NCBI GenBank assembly: GCA_904394685.1
Contig: CAJFNK010000026.1
Location: 8,706 to 72,705 of the forward strand
DNA: 64,000 nucleotides
DNA from: Candidatus Heritagella gallinarum
GTDB taxonomy: Bacteria; Bacillota; Clostridia; Oscillospirales; Acutalibacteraceae
Reading direction: 5' to 3'
How positions within the stretch are numbered: position 1 is the stretch's first letter; every line of letters begins with the position of its first letter. A program made the translations under genes and the position numbers. Below the pieces are notes generated by a model, which was not told where the DNA came from, ran no database searches, and was given only the letters and a program-made list of their open reading frames with translations. Positions 36,638-44,968 of this stretch are shown piece after piece.

Positions 36638-38614
36638 TCAGCCGTTATCCCGCTGCGTAGCGGATTCCAGCTGCTCATTAAGCACCGAAATCAATCTCTG
36701 GCGGGCATCCCGCAGAGTAGAGTTCTCCAACTGTGCCCCCGCCATGGTTAAATGGCCGCCGCCGCCCAGCGCCTCCATCAGAATCTGTACATTGACATCT
36801 CCCAGAGAGCGGGCTGAAATGCTGACCGAATTACCAATCTGGAACAGTACAAACGAAGCTGTGACTCCCTGAATCGAGAGCAGTTCATCTGCTGCCTGCG
36901 CCGAAGCCACCCGGATATCCGGGATATGTTCGGAAGAACAGGCAATTGCACAGTTATTATAAATTTCAGCACTTGATACCAACTGGGACTTTGCCTTGTA
37001 TGTATCAATGCTGTTGGAGAACAGGCGCTTGACTTCCACCGTATCCGCTCCCCGTCGGCGCAGATAAGCAGACGCTTCAAAGGTTCGCACCCCGGTTTTT
37101 AAAACGAAGCTCTTGGTGTCCAGCATAATGCCGGCCATCAGTGCCTCGGCCTCTACACGTCCCAGGCAATTCCCGCTGATATACTGCACCAGCTCGGCCA
37201 CCATCTCCGAAGCGGAGCTGGCATAAGGTTCATGGTAAAACACAATGGCATTGTCGATATGCTTGACCATCATCCGGTGATGATCGATCACCACCACCCG
37301 CTGGACTGCCTTGAGCACATCCGGGCTTTCAACAAATGAAGGAGAATGAGTGTCCACCACGATCAGCAGCGAACGCACTGTAATCATGGGAATGGCTTCC
37401 CATGGGCTGATAAAGATCTGACGATCCTGCGCCACCTTCTCCATACTGCTGATAATCTGCTTGGCAAGGGACTGTTCCCGGTCGATGACGATATACGCCT
37501 CATGACCCAGCCCTTTTGTTACAGCGCTCCACATGCCCACCGCAGCGCCTACGGAATCCAGGTCGCTGAACTTGTGCCCCATAATCAGCACCACATCGCT
37601 GGCGTTTACATGGTCGGAAAGGGTAGCCGCAATCACACGGGTACGCACTTTATCCCGCTTTTCCACGCCCTTGGAAAGGCCGCCGAAAAACTCATAGGTA
37701 TCGTCTTTCTGCTTGACCGCTACCTGATCGCCGCCACGGCCCAGCGCCATATCCAGCGCCTGCCGTGCCCAGTGCTCGCTTTCCGCCAGACTGGAAGCCC
37801 CTCTCCCTACGCCGATGGAAACCGTTGCACGGCGGTTCTCCTGCGTCTTGATTTCCCGAACCTTATCGAGAATCTCAAATCGCTTTTCCTTTGCCGCCAC
37901 AATATGGGCTTCATCCGTCAGCATCAGGAACCGGCCGCCGGAAAGCTTCTTGAGAAAGCCTCCCATTTCTTCCGCCCACTGTGTGAGCGCTCCCTCCACC
38001 TCGGAGGCAATACGGGCATCCTCCATGCCGGAGGAATCCCGTGCCAGTTCTTCCCGGTTGTCAAACGCCATCAGGGCCACTACCGGGCGCTTTTCGTTAT
38101 ATTGCCGGTTAATTTCCTTAAAATAAGTATCGTCGATAAAATAGAGCACATATCCCCGGATGGTTTGAACGGCATGAACCGTATATTCCCGGTCACGAAT
38201 CGACACGTTCGTCCCCTTATCGGTTGCCACCTGATGCAACGTTTTGGGATAGATATATCGCCGAATGTCGTCGCCACGGATATCCCGCCGTCCGCTGATG
38301 GACTGGAGGAAGGCTTCGTTTGCCCATACCAAATCCCCCTCCTCAGCGGTTGCCACCACCGGGATGGAAAAGCTCTCCAACGCCTGATAGTCGTGAACGG
38401 TGAGAACATTTTTGGCAGCTCTCACAGCGCTGGCAATATGAGCCTTAAAGCGCTTTTCCCCTATAATAATCATAATACAGGCAGCCAGCGCCAATGTAGC
38501 TTCCACCACAAAGGCCACCGGGCTCCAGTACAGGCTGACTCCTGCCATCAGGAGCATAGCTACTGCCAGAGCATAATAGACCGGCGATGATATCCAGATC
38601 CTGCGACGCTTCAA
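36638..38614 (-). CDS. gdpP: DHH-family phosphoesterase, GdpP-type cyclic-di-AMP phosphodiesterase
   Basis: 658 aa. Two N-terminal TM helices, a degenerate GGDEF region, DHH motif VIDHH and DHHA1 motif GGGGH. Conserved gdpP-rplI-dnaB order. Confidence 0.85.
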   Translation of the reverse strand: MKRRRIWISSPVYYALAVAMLLMAGVSLYWSPVAFVVEATLALAACIMIIIGEKRFKAHIASAVRAAKNVLTVHDYQALESFSIPVVATAEEGDLVWANEAFLQSISGRRDIRGDDIRRYIYPKTLHQVATDKGTNVSIRDREYTVHAVQTIRGYVLYFIDDTYFKEINRQYNEKRPVVALMAFDNREELARDSSGMEDARIASEVEGALTQWAEEMGGFLKKLSGGRFLMLTDEAHIVAAKEKRFEILDKVREIKTQENRRATVSIGVGRGASSLAESEHWARQALDMALGRGGDQVAVKQKDDTYEFFGGLSKGVEKRDKVRTRVIAATLSDHVNASDVVLIMGHKFSDLDSVGAAVGMWSAVTKGLGHEAYIVIDREQSLAKQIISSMEKVAQDRQIFISPWEAIPMITVRSLLIVVDTHSPSFVESPDVLKAVQRVVVIDHHRMMVKHIDNAIVFYHEPYASSASEMVAELVQYISGNCLGRVEAEALMAGIMLDTKSFVLKTGVRTFEASAYLRRRGADTVEVKRLFSNSIDTYKAKSQLVSSAEIYNNCAIACSSEHIPDIRVASAQAADELLSIQGVTASFVLFQIGNSVSISARSLGDVNVQILMEALGGGGHLTMAGAQLENSTLRDARQRLISVLNEQLESATQRDNG

Positions 38615-38665
38615 TTCTAACGACTCCTTTTTATCGAACCGGAACAGCCACTTTTCTGGCTGCCG

Positions 38666-40591
38666 TTACACCTCCATGATAATAGGCAGTATCATGGGAC
38701 TTCTGCGGGTGCGCTCATACAGCAGGCGGGAAAGACCTTCCTTGATCCGGGTTTTCAGAGTTCCCCAGTCGTGGATATCCCCCTCTGCGCTGCTTTCGAG
38801 TATATTATACACCAATTTTTTCGCTTCGTCCATCAAAGGCTCAGATTCTCTCACATAAACAAAGCCTCTCGACACCACATCCGGGCCGGACAGAACCCGT
38901 CCGGAACCGGCCGCAATGGTACACACCACCACAATCAGGCCGTCCTCGCCCAAATGCTTACGATCCCGCAGAACAATGCTGCCCACATCGCCAACACCCA
39001 ATCCGTCCACCATTACACGGCCGGCAGGTACAGGCGGCAGAGCCTTCATATAATTCTCATTCAATTCGACCACGCTGCCCACGTCGCCGATAAAAATATT
39101 CTCGCTGCTCATTCCCATATCACGGGCAAGCCCTGCATGCTTACGCAGATGCTTCTGCTCGCCATGAACCGGGATAAAATACTTGGGGCGGACAATCCCC
39201 TGCATCAGCTTGAGTTCTTCCTGACAGGCGTGGCCGGACACATGAACCTCATACATGGATTCATATACCACACTGCATCCACGCTTTAGAAGTTCATCCA
39301 CTACCGTTCCCACCATCTTCTCGTTTCCGGGGATAGGACGTGCCGAAATAATAATCATATCCCCAGGGCCAACCTCTACCTTGCGATGGTCGGCAAACGC
39401 CATCCGGGTAAGTGCCGACATGGGTTCTCCCTGGCTTCCGGTTGTTACCAGCACGATCTGCTCCTTGGGATAACGGTTAATCAGGTCAATATCGATCAGG
39501 ACGCCATCGGGGATATCCAGATATCCCAGTTCGGTGGCAATTCCCATTACATTCAGCATACTGCGGCCGGAGAGAGCAACCTTGCGGCCGTATTTTACGG
39601 CGCAGTTGATGATCTGCTGCACACGGCTGATATTGGATGCAAAAGTCGCAATGATAATACGCTCTTTTTCGGCCCGCTTAAACAGATTATCAAAAGTTGC
39701 AACCACCTTTTGCTCTGTCTGCGTATAGCCGGGGCGTTCCGCATTGGTAGAATCCGCCATCAGAGCCAGCACACCCTCACGGCCCAGCTCGGCAAAACGG
39801 CCCAGATCAATCATGCCGCCCTGTGTGGGGGTACAGTCGATCTTAAAGTCACCCGTATGCACCACAGTGCCGGCCGGGCTGTGAATTGCCACACCCACCG
39901 CATCGGAGATAGAGTGATTTACATGGATGAGTTCCGCTGTCATGCAGCCCATTTTGACCGACTGGCCGGGATGTGTTACCTGGAGCTTGACTTTGTTGTG
40001 AAGTCCATGTTCTTTGAGTTTGCCCTCTACCAGTCCGAGCGTCAGGGCGGTGCCGTAAATCGGCAGGTTGATTTTTTTGAGCAGATACGGTAATGCGCCG
40101 ATATGATCCTCATGTCCGTGTGTCAATACAATACCCCGGATCTTGTCGGCGTTGCGCTCTACAAAAGTGAAATCCGGGATTACCAGATCGATTCCCAACA
40201 TATCGTCCGTTGGGAATGCGAGTCCACAGTCAACGATCATCATGTCGTTGCCACATTCAAAAAGGGTAAAGTTCTTTCCGATCTCATTAAGCCCGCCCAG
40301 AAAATACACCTTCATCGAGGGTTTCTGCGGAGCCTGGCTTCTGCGGCCTCTCTTTATGCCCGAAGACGGTTTACGGGCAGCAGGGCGGGAAGTTTCGCTC
40401 TTTTTCGTGCGGGTACGGGTGCGGGGAGCTTCCTGTGCTTCCTGCGCCGGAAGGGTCTCCTCCCGAATCTGTTTTGGAGGCAGTACCCGCTGATACAGCG
40501 GAGCATCTGCCGGTTTGGTCGGCTTACGGGTCGTCCCCGAACGGCGGGGCTTATTTTCCGTTTCCTGTACAGTCGTATTCTTTTTTATCAC
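38666..40591 (-). CDS. rnj: ribonuclease J (start uncertain; possible 92-aa basic N-terminal extension)
   Basis: Metallo-beta-lactamase motif HGHEDHIG and a beta-CASP core. The canonical N-terminus MKVYFLGGLNEIGKN begins at 40315 with no SD. The GTG at 40591 lies 7 nt after GGAGG. The track ATG at 40702 has no SD. Confidence 0.9.
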   Translation of the reverse strand: MIKKNTTVQETENKPRRSGTTRKPTKPADAPLYQRVLPPKQIREETLPAQEAQEAPRTRTRTKKSETSRPAARKPSSGIKRGRRSQAPQKPSMKVYFLGGLNEIGKNFTLFECGNDMMIVDCGLAFPTDDMLGIDLVIPDFTFVERNADKIRGIVLTHGHEDHIGALPYLLKKINLPIYGTALTLGLVEGKLKEHGLHNKVKLQVTHPGQSVKMGCMTAELIHVNHSISDAVGVAIHSPAGTVVHTGDFKIDCTPTQGGMIDLGRFAELGREGVLALMADSTNAERPGYTQTEQKVVATFDNLFKRAEKERIIIATFASNISRVQQIINCAVKYGRKVALSGRSMLNVMGIATELGYLDIPDGVLIDIDLINRYPKEQIVLVTTGSQGEPMSALTRMAFADHRKVEVGPGDMIIISARPIPGNEKMVGTVVDELLKRGCSVVYESMYEVHVSGHACQEELKLMQGIVRPKYFIPVHGEQKHLRKHAGLARDMGMSSENIFIGDVGSVVELNENYMKALPPVPAGRVMVDGLGVGDVGSIVLRDRKHLGEDGLIVVVCTIAAGSGRVLSGPDVVSRGFVYVRESEPLMDEAKKLVYNILESSAEGDIHDWGTLKTRIKEGLSRLLYERTRRSPMILPIIMEV

Positions 40592-40815
40592 GCAATAACC
40601 TCCAGTTCTGGCACAACAGGCAAGGTTCCTCCGCAACGGGCGGCCGGAACTGCGTTTCTGTCTGCTGCCATTATCATATATAACAAAACAATCTGATTCC
40701 ATTTCCCCGGCGCAAACGCCTGTGGGGCCGAACCATGAAATAACAGATTGAGACGTTCCTGTTCACTTGGAATCTGCTGCTATGCAGCTGTTTCCGGACA
40801 CAAATATTCTTATTT

Positions 40816-40844
40816 ATTGTACTCTACATACTTTCCTGTGTCAA
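40816..40844 (-). promoter_or_regulatory. near-consensus sigma-A promoter facing rnj (TTGACA-17-TACAAT)
   Basis: The minus strand reads TTGACAcaggaaagtatgtagagTACAAT. This implies a leader of at least ~220 nt. Confidence 0.45.
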
Positions 40845-40981
40845 GGGATTTGCCCTTCTGAGGCCTTGTGGCACCCGTAAAAGCGTTCCTGCATATCCGC
40901 TATTTTTTGTAGTATTTCCCGTACCAGCGCCCTTTATCACGCTTTTTTCTCCTCGTTTGATAAGGAATTTTTGATACCCTC

Positions 40982-41010
40982 TTGAAAAGTATACTAAAAT
41001 AGTGTATATT
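40982..41010 (+). promoter_or_regulatory. candidate promoter for nifS-nifU (TTGAAA-17-TATATT)
   Basis: TTGAAAagtatactaaaatagtgTATATT, about 50 nt upstream of nifS. Confidence 0.4.
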
Positions 41011-41060
41011 ATAACCTGTAAGAAACCAAAAGAGATTCTTCCCGGAAAGGAATTGTTACC

Positions 41061-42248
41061 ATGAAACAGATTGTTTATGCGGATAACGCCGCCACCACCC
41101 CCGTTTCCCCCTCGGTGTTAAAGGCGATGCTTCCGTTTTATACCGAAATATATGGAAACCCCTCCAGTATCTACTCCGTCGGCCGTCAGGCAAAGGCGCC
41201 CATGGAGGAAGCACGGGAAAAAATTGCCCGCTGTCTGGGAGCCGAAAACAACGAAATCTATTTTACTTCCGGCGGCAGCGAGGCCGATAACTGGGCGGTA
41301 AAAGGCGCCGCACATTTGATGGCCAAAAAAGGCAAAAGGCATATCATCACTTCCGCTTTTGAACATCACGCAATCCTGCACACGGTGCAGGCGCTGGAAA
41401 AAGAAGGCTTTTCTGTCACCTATCTGGATGTCCACGAAAACGGTATCGTCCGTCCCGAAGAACTGGAAGCCGCTATTCGGGACGACACCGCTCTGGTCAC
41501 AATTATGTATGCCAATAATGAAATCGGCACACTCCAGCCAATCCCGGAACTGGGCGCTATCTGTAAGAAACACAAGGTCTTGTTCCATACCGACGCTGTG
41601 CAGGCAGTTGGAAATGTCCCGATCGATGTGAAAGCGCAGAACATCGACATGCTTTCCCTTTCCGGACACAAGCTCCATGGCCCCAAAGGAATCGGCGCCC
41701 TGTATATCCGTCAGGGCATCATCCTTCCCAACCTGATTGACGGCGGCGCTCAGGAGCGTAACCGCCGGGCAGGAACCGAAAATGTAGCGGAAATCGTGGG
41801 ACTGGGCGTGGCAATGGAAGAAGCCTGCTCCACCATAGAAGAACGCCGCATCCGCCTGACCGCATTGCGGGACAAGCTCATTGACGGGGCTTTGCAGATT
41901 CCCCGCTCTCGCCTGAACGGTGACCGGGAACAGCGTTTGCCCGGCAATGTGAGCCTCTGCTTTGAAGGAATCGAAGGGGAGTCTTTGCTCCTGATGCTGG
42001 ATATGAAGGGAATCTGTGCTTCATCCGGTTCTGCCTGTACTTCTGGCTCGCTGGACCCCAGTCATGTGCTGTTGGCAATCGGCCTTCCCCACGAAATCGC
42101 ACACGGTTCTCTCCGCCTTTCTTTTGGCGACCAGAACACCGAAGAAGATGTAGAACAGATTTTGCAGGTGCTTCCCAAGATTGTGGAACAGCTCCGAAGC
42201 ATGTCCCCCCTCTGGGATCATATTATGAAAGAAAGCAACGGAAAATAA
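41061..42248 (+). CDS. nifS: cysteine desulfurase NifS
   Basis: 395 aa. PLP-lysine motif [12 protein letters not shown] and active-site Cys motif SSGSACTSG. Confidence 0.95.
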   Translation: MKQIVYADNAATTPVSPSVLKAMLPFYTEIYGNPSSIYSVGRQAKAPMEEAREKIARCLGAENNEIYFTSGGSEADNWAVKGAAHLMAKKGKRHIITSAFEHHAILHTVQALEKEGFSVTYLDVHENGIVRPEELEAAIRDDTALVTIMYANNEIGTLQPIPELGAICKKHKVLFHTDAVQAVGNVPIDVKAQNIDMLSLSGHKLHGPKGIGALYIRQGIILPNLIDGGAQERNRRAGTENVAEIVGLGVAMEEACSTIEERRIRLTALRDKLIDGALQIPRSRLNGDREQRLPGNVSLCFEGIEGESLLLMLDMKGICASSGSACTSGSLDPSHVLLAIGLPHEIAHGSLRLSFGDQNTEEDVEQILQVLPKIVEQLRSMSPLWDHIMKESNGK

Positions 42249-42298
42249 CGCTTGGTTTTTAAAATAATAAACTCTGAAAATAGGAAAGAAGGATTTAT

Positions 42299-42727
42299 AT
42301 GGCATATAGTGAAAAGGTAATGGATCATTTCGCCAATCCCCGCAATGTGGGTGAGATTCCAGACGCTGACGGCGTGGGTGAGGTTGGCAACTCCAAATGC
42401 GGCGATATCATGCGGATGTATATCAAGGTAGAAAACAACATCATTACCGATGTCAAGTTTAAGACATTCGGCTGCGGCGCTGCAATAGCTACCAGTTCTA
42501 TGGCAACCGAGATGGTAAAAGGCAAATCCATCGACGAAGCCCTTCAGCTCACCAACCGTGCCGTGATGGAGGCGCTGGACGGTCTGCCGCCGGTCAAGGT
42601 GCATTGCTCGGTTCTGGCAGAACAGGCCATTAAAGCAGCAGTTTCTGACTACTACACCCGCCGGGGCATTGACCCTACCCCCATTGTAGGCGTCATCCCG
42701 CAGTGTGAAGAAGGCCATTGCGGTTAA
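42299..42727 (+). CDS. nifU: Fe-S cluster assembly scaffold NifU/IscU-like
   Basis: 142 aa. The three ligand Cys lie in GNSKCGD, FGCGAAIA and HCSVLA. Confidence 0.93.
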   Translation: MAYSEKVMDHFANPRNVGEIPDADGVGEVGNSKCGDIMRMYIKVENNIITDVKFKTFGCGAAIATSSMATEMVKGKSIDEALQLTNRAVMEALDGLPPVKVHCSVLAEQAIKAAVSDYYTRRGIDPTPIVGVIPQCEEGHCG

Positions 42728-42751
42728 GCAAAAATCATATTCTAAAGAGCA

Positions 42752-42785
42752 AAAGAAGGCTGGGAGTGATATCCCAGCCTTCTTT
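42752..42785. terminator. bidirectional intrinsic terminator
   Basis: AAAGAAGGCTGGGA-6 nt-TCCCAGCCTTCTTT. Confidence 0.7.
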
Positions 42786-43156
42786 TATGATCCATTTATC
42801 TGAACTTTGTGTCCTTTTTCCTGCTTTTCAGATGAACCAGCAAAAATCCGATTCCATAAAAGCTGTACTACGATTCCTGCCACCAATACAAGCAGGCAAT
42901 AGAAAAGTAATCCCGCTATATTGATATGAACGCCACTGTTTCCTCCAAACAGCAGGTCAAACGTCCAAAATCGATTTGCCTCGTCAGAATAGACGGTTAA
43001 CCAGGGAGCCAAAAATCCAATTTTATAACAGAACAGGTTTCCCTCACCAGCTGGCGATATCGTTTGGCTAACACAAATCATTCCCAAAAGGAACAACGCC
43101 ACCGCCGTACACTTACCGGGTGTTTTGATTTGTGCGATACGACTGCGAAAGCACAT
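42785..43156 (-). CDS. hypothetical membrane protein
   Basis: The ORF extends to 43321. The start at MCFRSRI follows GGAGG at 7 nt. Hydrophobic helices at the N- and C-termini. No family recognised. Confidence 0.5.
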   Translation of the reverse strand: MCFRSRIAQIKTPGKCTAVALFLLGMICVSQTISPAGEGNLFCYKIGFLAPWLTVYSDEANRFWTFDLLFGGNSGVHINIAGLLFYCLLVLVAGIVVQLLWNRIFAGSSEKQEKGHKVQINGS

Positions 43157-43340
43157 CCTCACACCTCCATGAACATCATCAGTTTTAAATAAATTATAGA
43201 ACTGATTTTCTGAGCCATGGGACTCACCTCTTTCTGCTTCTCTCCTCCGTATAAAATTATACCATATTTTCCCATTATCATCAATTCGGTTTATACAGAC
43301 ACACCCCGGCTTCCGCATCACAGGAGCCGGGGTGATAAAA

Positions 43341-43826
43341 TCAGATATTCTTTTTTCGCCGCTCTCGAAGTTTCCGAAAGAAATCCCGCAGCAGCTGTGC
43401 AGCTTCTTCTTCCATAAAACCAGATGTTACCTGTGGATGATGATTATACGGGAGTGAATACAAATCGACTATTGAGCCGCAGGACCCTGCCTTTTGGTCG
43501 TAGGCCCCAAACACCACCTGTGGAATACGGGCGTTGATAATTGCCCCGGCACACATGGGGCACGGTTCCAGCGTTACATATAACTCGCACTCCCACAGCC
43601 GCCATCCTCCAAGGTTCTGGCAGGCATGATGAATCGCCTCCAGTTCGGCATGGCACAAAGCGTTTTTGTCCGCCTCCCGGCGGTTGCGGCCTTCTCCGAC
43701 AATCTCGCCCCGACGAACCACCACAGCACCTACCGGGACTTCTCCTTCTTCCCCCGCCAGCTTTGCCAGTTCCAAAGCCCGAAGCATGGGCGCACGGGCA
43801 GGGATAAACACTTCGCCTGCCGTCAT
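43341..43826 (-). CDS. tadA: tRNA adenosine(34) deaminase
   Basis: 161 aa. Motifs HAELEAI and PCPMCAGA. Confidence 0.95.
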   Translation of the reverse strand: MTAGEVFIPARAPMLRALELAKLAGEEGEVPVGAVVVRRGEIVGEGRNRREADKNALCHAELEAIHHACQNLGGWRLWECELYVTLEPCPMCAGAIINARIPQVVFGAYDQKAGSCGSIVDLYSLPYNHHPQVTSGFMEEEAAQLLRDFFRKLRERRKKNI

Positions 43827-44872
43827 ACAGCCACCAGATTTGCCCAGGAACTGAATACAAACAGGGCAAAAAAGGCCACAAAGCCCGGATTAGTCACAAA
43901 AGCCATAATCCGTGTGAATATGGAAGAATACTGACCACTATAGGAACGGCGGAAATACTCCCGCTTAAAAATATACAGCAGAAGGAACGCAATGAACCCT
44001 ACCAGAATCAATCCAAAGAAAATGTTGCCGTTTATAAACAGATAGGTATCTTCTGAAACATAGCTCTGGATCAGGCTGAAAAATACCGAGATTCCATTAT
44101 TAAGTGCATGAATTACAATGGGTACCCAGAGATTATTGGTGCGAATCATGATAAAGCCCAAAACCAGCCCAACAAAAAACGTAAAGGTAAGCTGAAGCAC
44201 GTTGCCATGATAAAACGCAAACAAAAGCGCAGAGCCAAACACGGCAAAGCCATCGCCAAATTTACGCAGCTGTGAAAGAATCACGCCACGGAATGCCAGC
44301 TCCTCGACCAGCGCCGGAATAATGGACACCTGAACCACCGACAAAATTATTGCCAGCGGCGTATCAGCCGAAACAGGCTCTGGCATTGTACCGTTAAGCC
44401 CGGACTCCTCGATCAGTATCGCAATGATATTGGAAGGAATATTGGTAAACATACAAAATCCCACGCCAAACAAGACAAACAAGATTGCAGTGCCCGCTCC
44501 AACCTTATCAAACCGGAAAACTTCGTTTACCGAAAGACGCATAAAGGCTACGCAAAGCATAAAGGGAATCGCAACCGAAAAAATGTATACCACGCAGTTG
44601 AGCAGATAATACATGGCAGCACTCATTCCGCCGCTGCTCATATAATTAATGTTAAAGGGGTAGCCGATAAATCTCAACAAATTTACAAACAGCACGCTAA
44701 ACCCTACCATCAGGGCTAACACCGCAAAGGTTGACCACCCCATTACATTGGAGATGTGGCGAATGGACTTTTTTTCCTTCCACTGCGGCGTTTCCCAATA
44801 GGGAACCTGAGGGGGATAGGGAGATTGCTGCCATCCCATATTTTGGGGCTCACCCCATGGATAACCGTTCAT
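43823..44872 (-). CDS. CPBP family intramembrane glutamic endopeptidase
   Basis: 349 aa, polytopic. Motifs EELAFRG, FAFYHGN and HALNN. Its stop overlaps the tadA start by 4 nt. Confidence 0.85.
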   Translation of the reverse strand: MNGYPWGEPQNMGWQQSPYPPQVPYWETPQWKEKKSIRHISNVMGWSTFAVLALMVGFSVLFVNLLRFIGYPFNINYMSSGGMSAAMYYLLNCVVYIFSVAIPFMLCVAFMRLSVNEVFRFDKVGAGTAILFVLFGVGFCMFTNIPSNIIAILIEESGLNGTMPEPVSADTPLAIILSVVQVSIIPALVEELAFRGVILSQLRKFGDGFAVFGSALLFAFYHGNVLQLTFTFFVGLVLGFIMIRTNNLWVPIVIHALNNGISVFFSLIQSYVSEDTYLFINGNIFFGLILVGFIAFLLLYIFKREYFRRSYSGQYSSIFTRIMAFVTNPGFVAFFALFVFSSWANLVAV

Positions 44873-44968
44873 ATGTAGCTCCGTCCTTTCTGTTCGTCGG
44901 CAAATTTCATCATATTTTCTTTATTATGCACCAAAAACAGAAGGGATGTCAATGAAATAACTTTAAAT

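Noticed and set aside
40592-40702. ATG-initiated 37-aa extension of the rnj ORF (MESDCFVIYDNG...)
   Set aside because: There is no Shine-Dalgarno, the residues are unlike RNase J, and the region has hairpin-rich, leader-like sequence. The GTG at 40591 with GGAGG is the better start.
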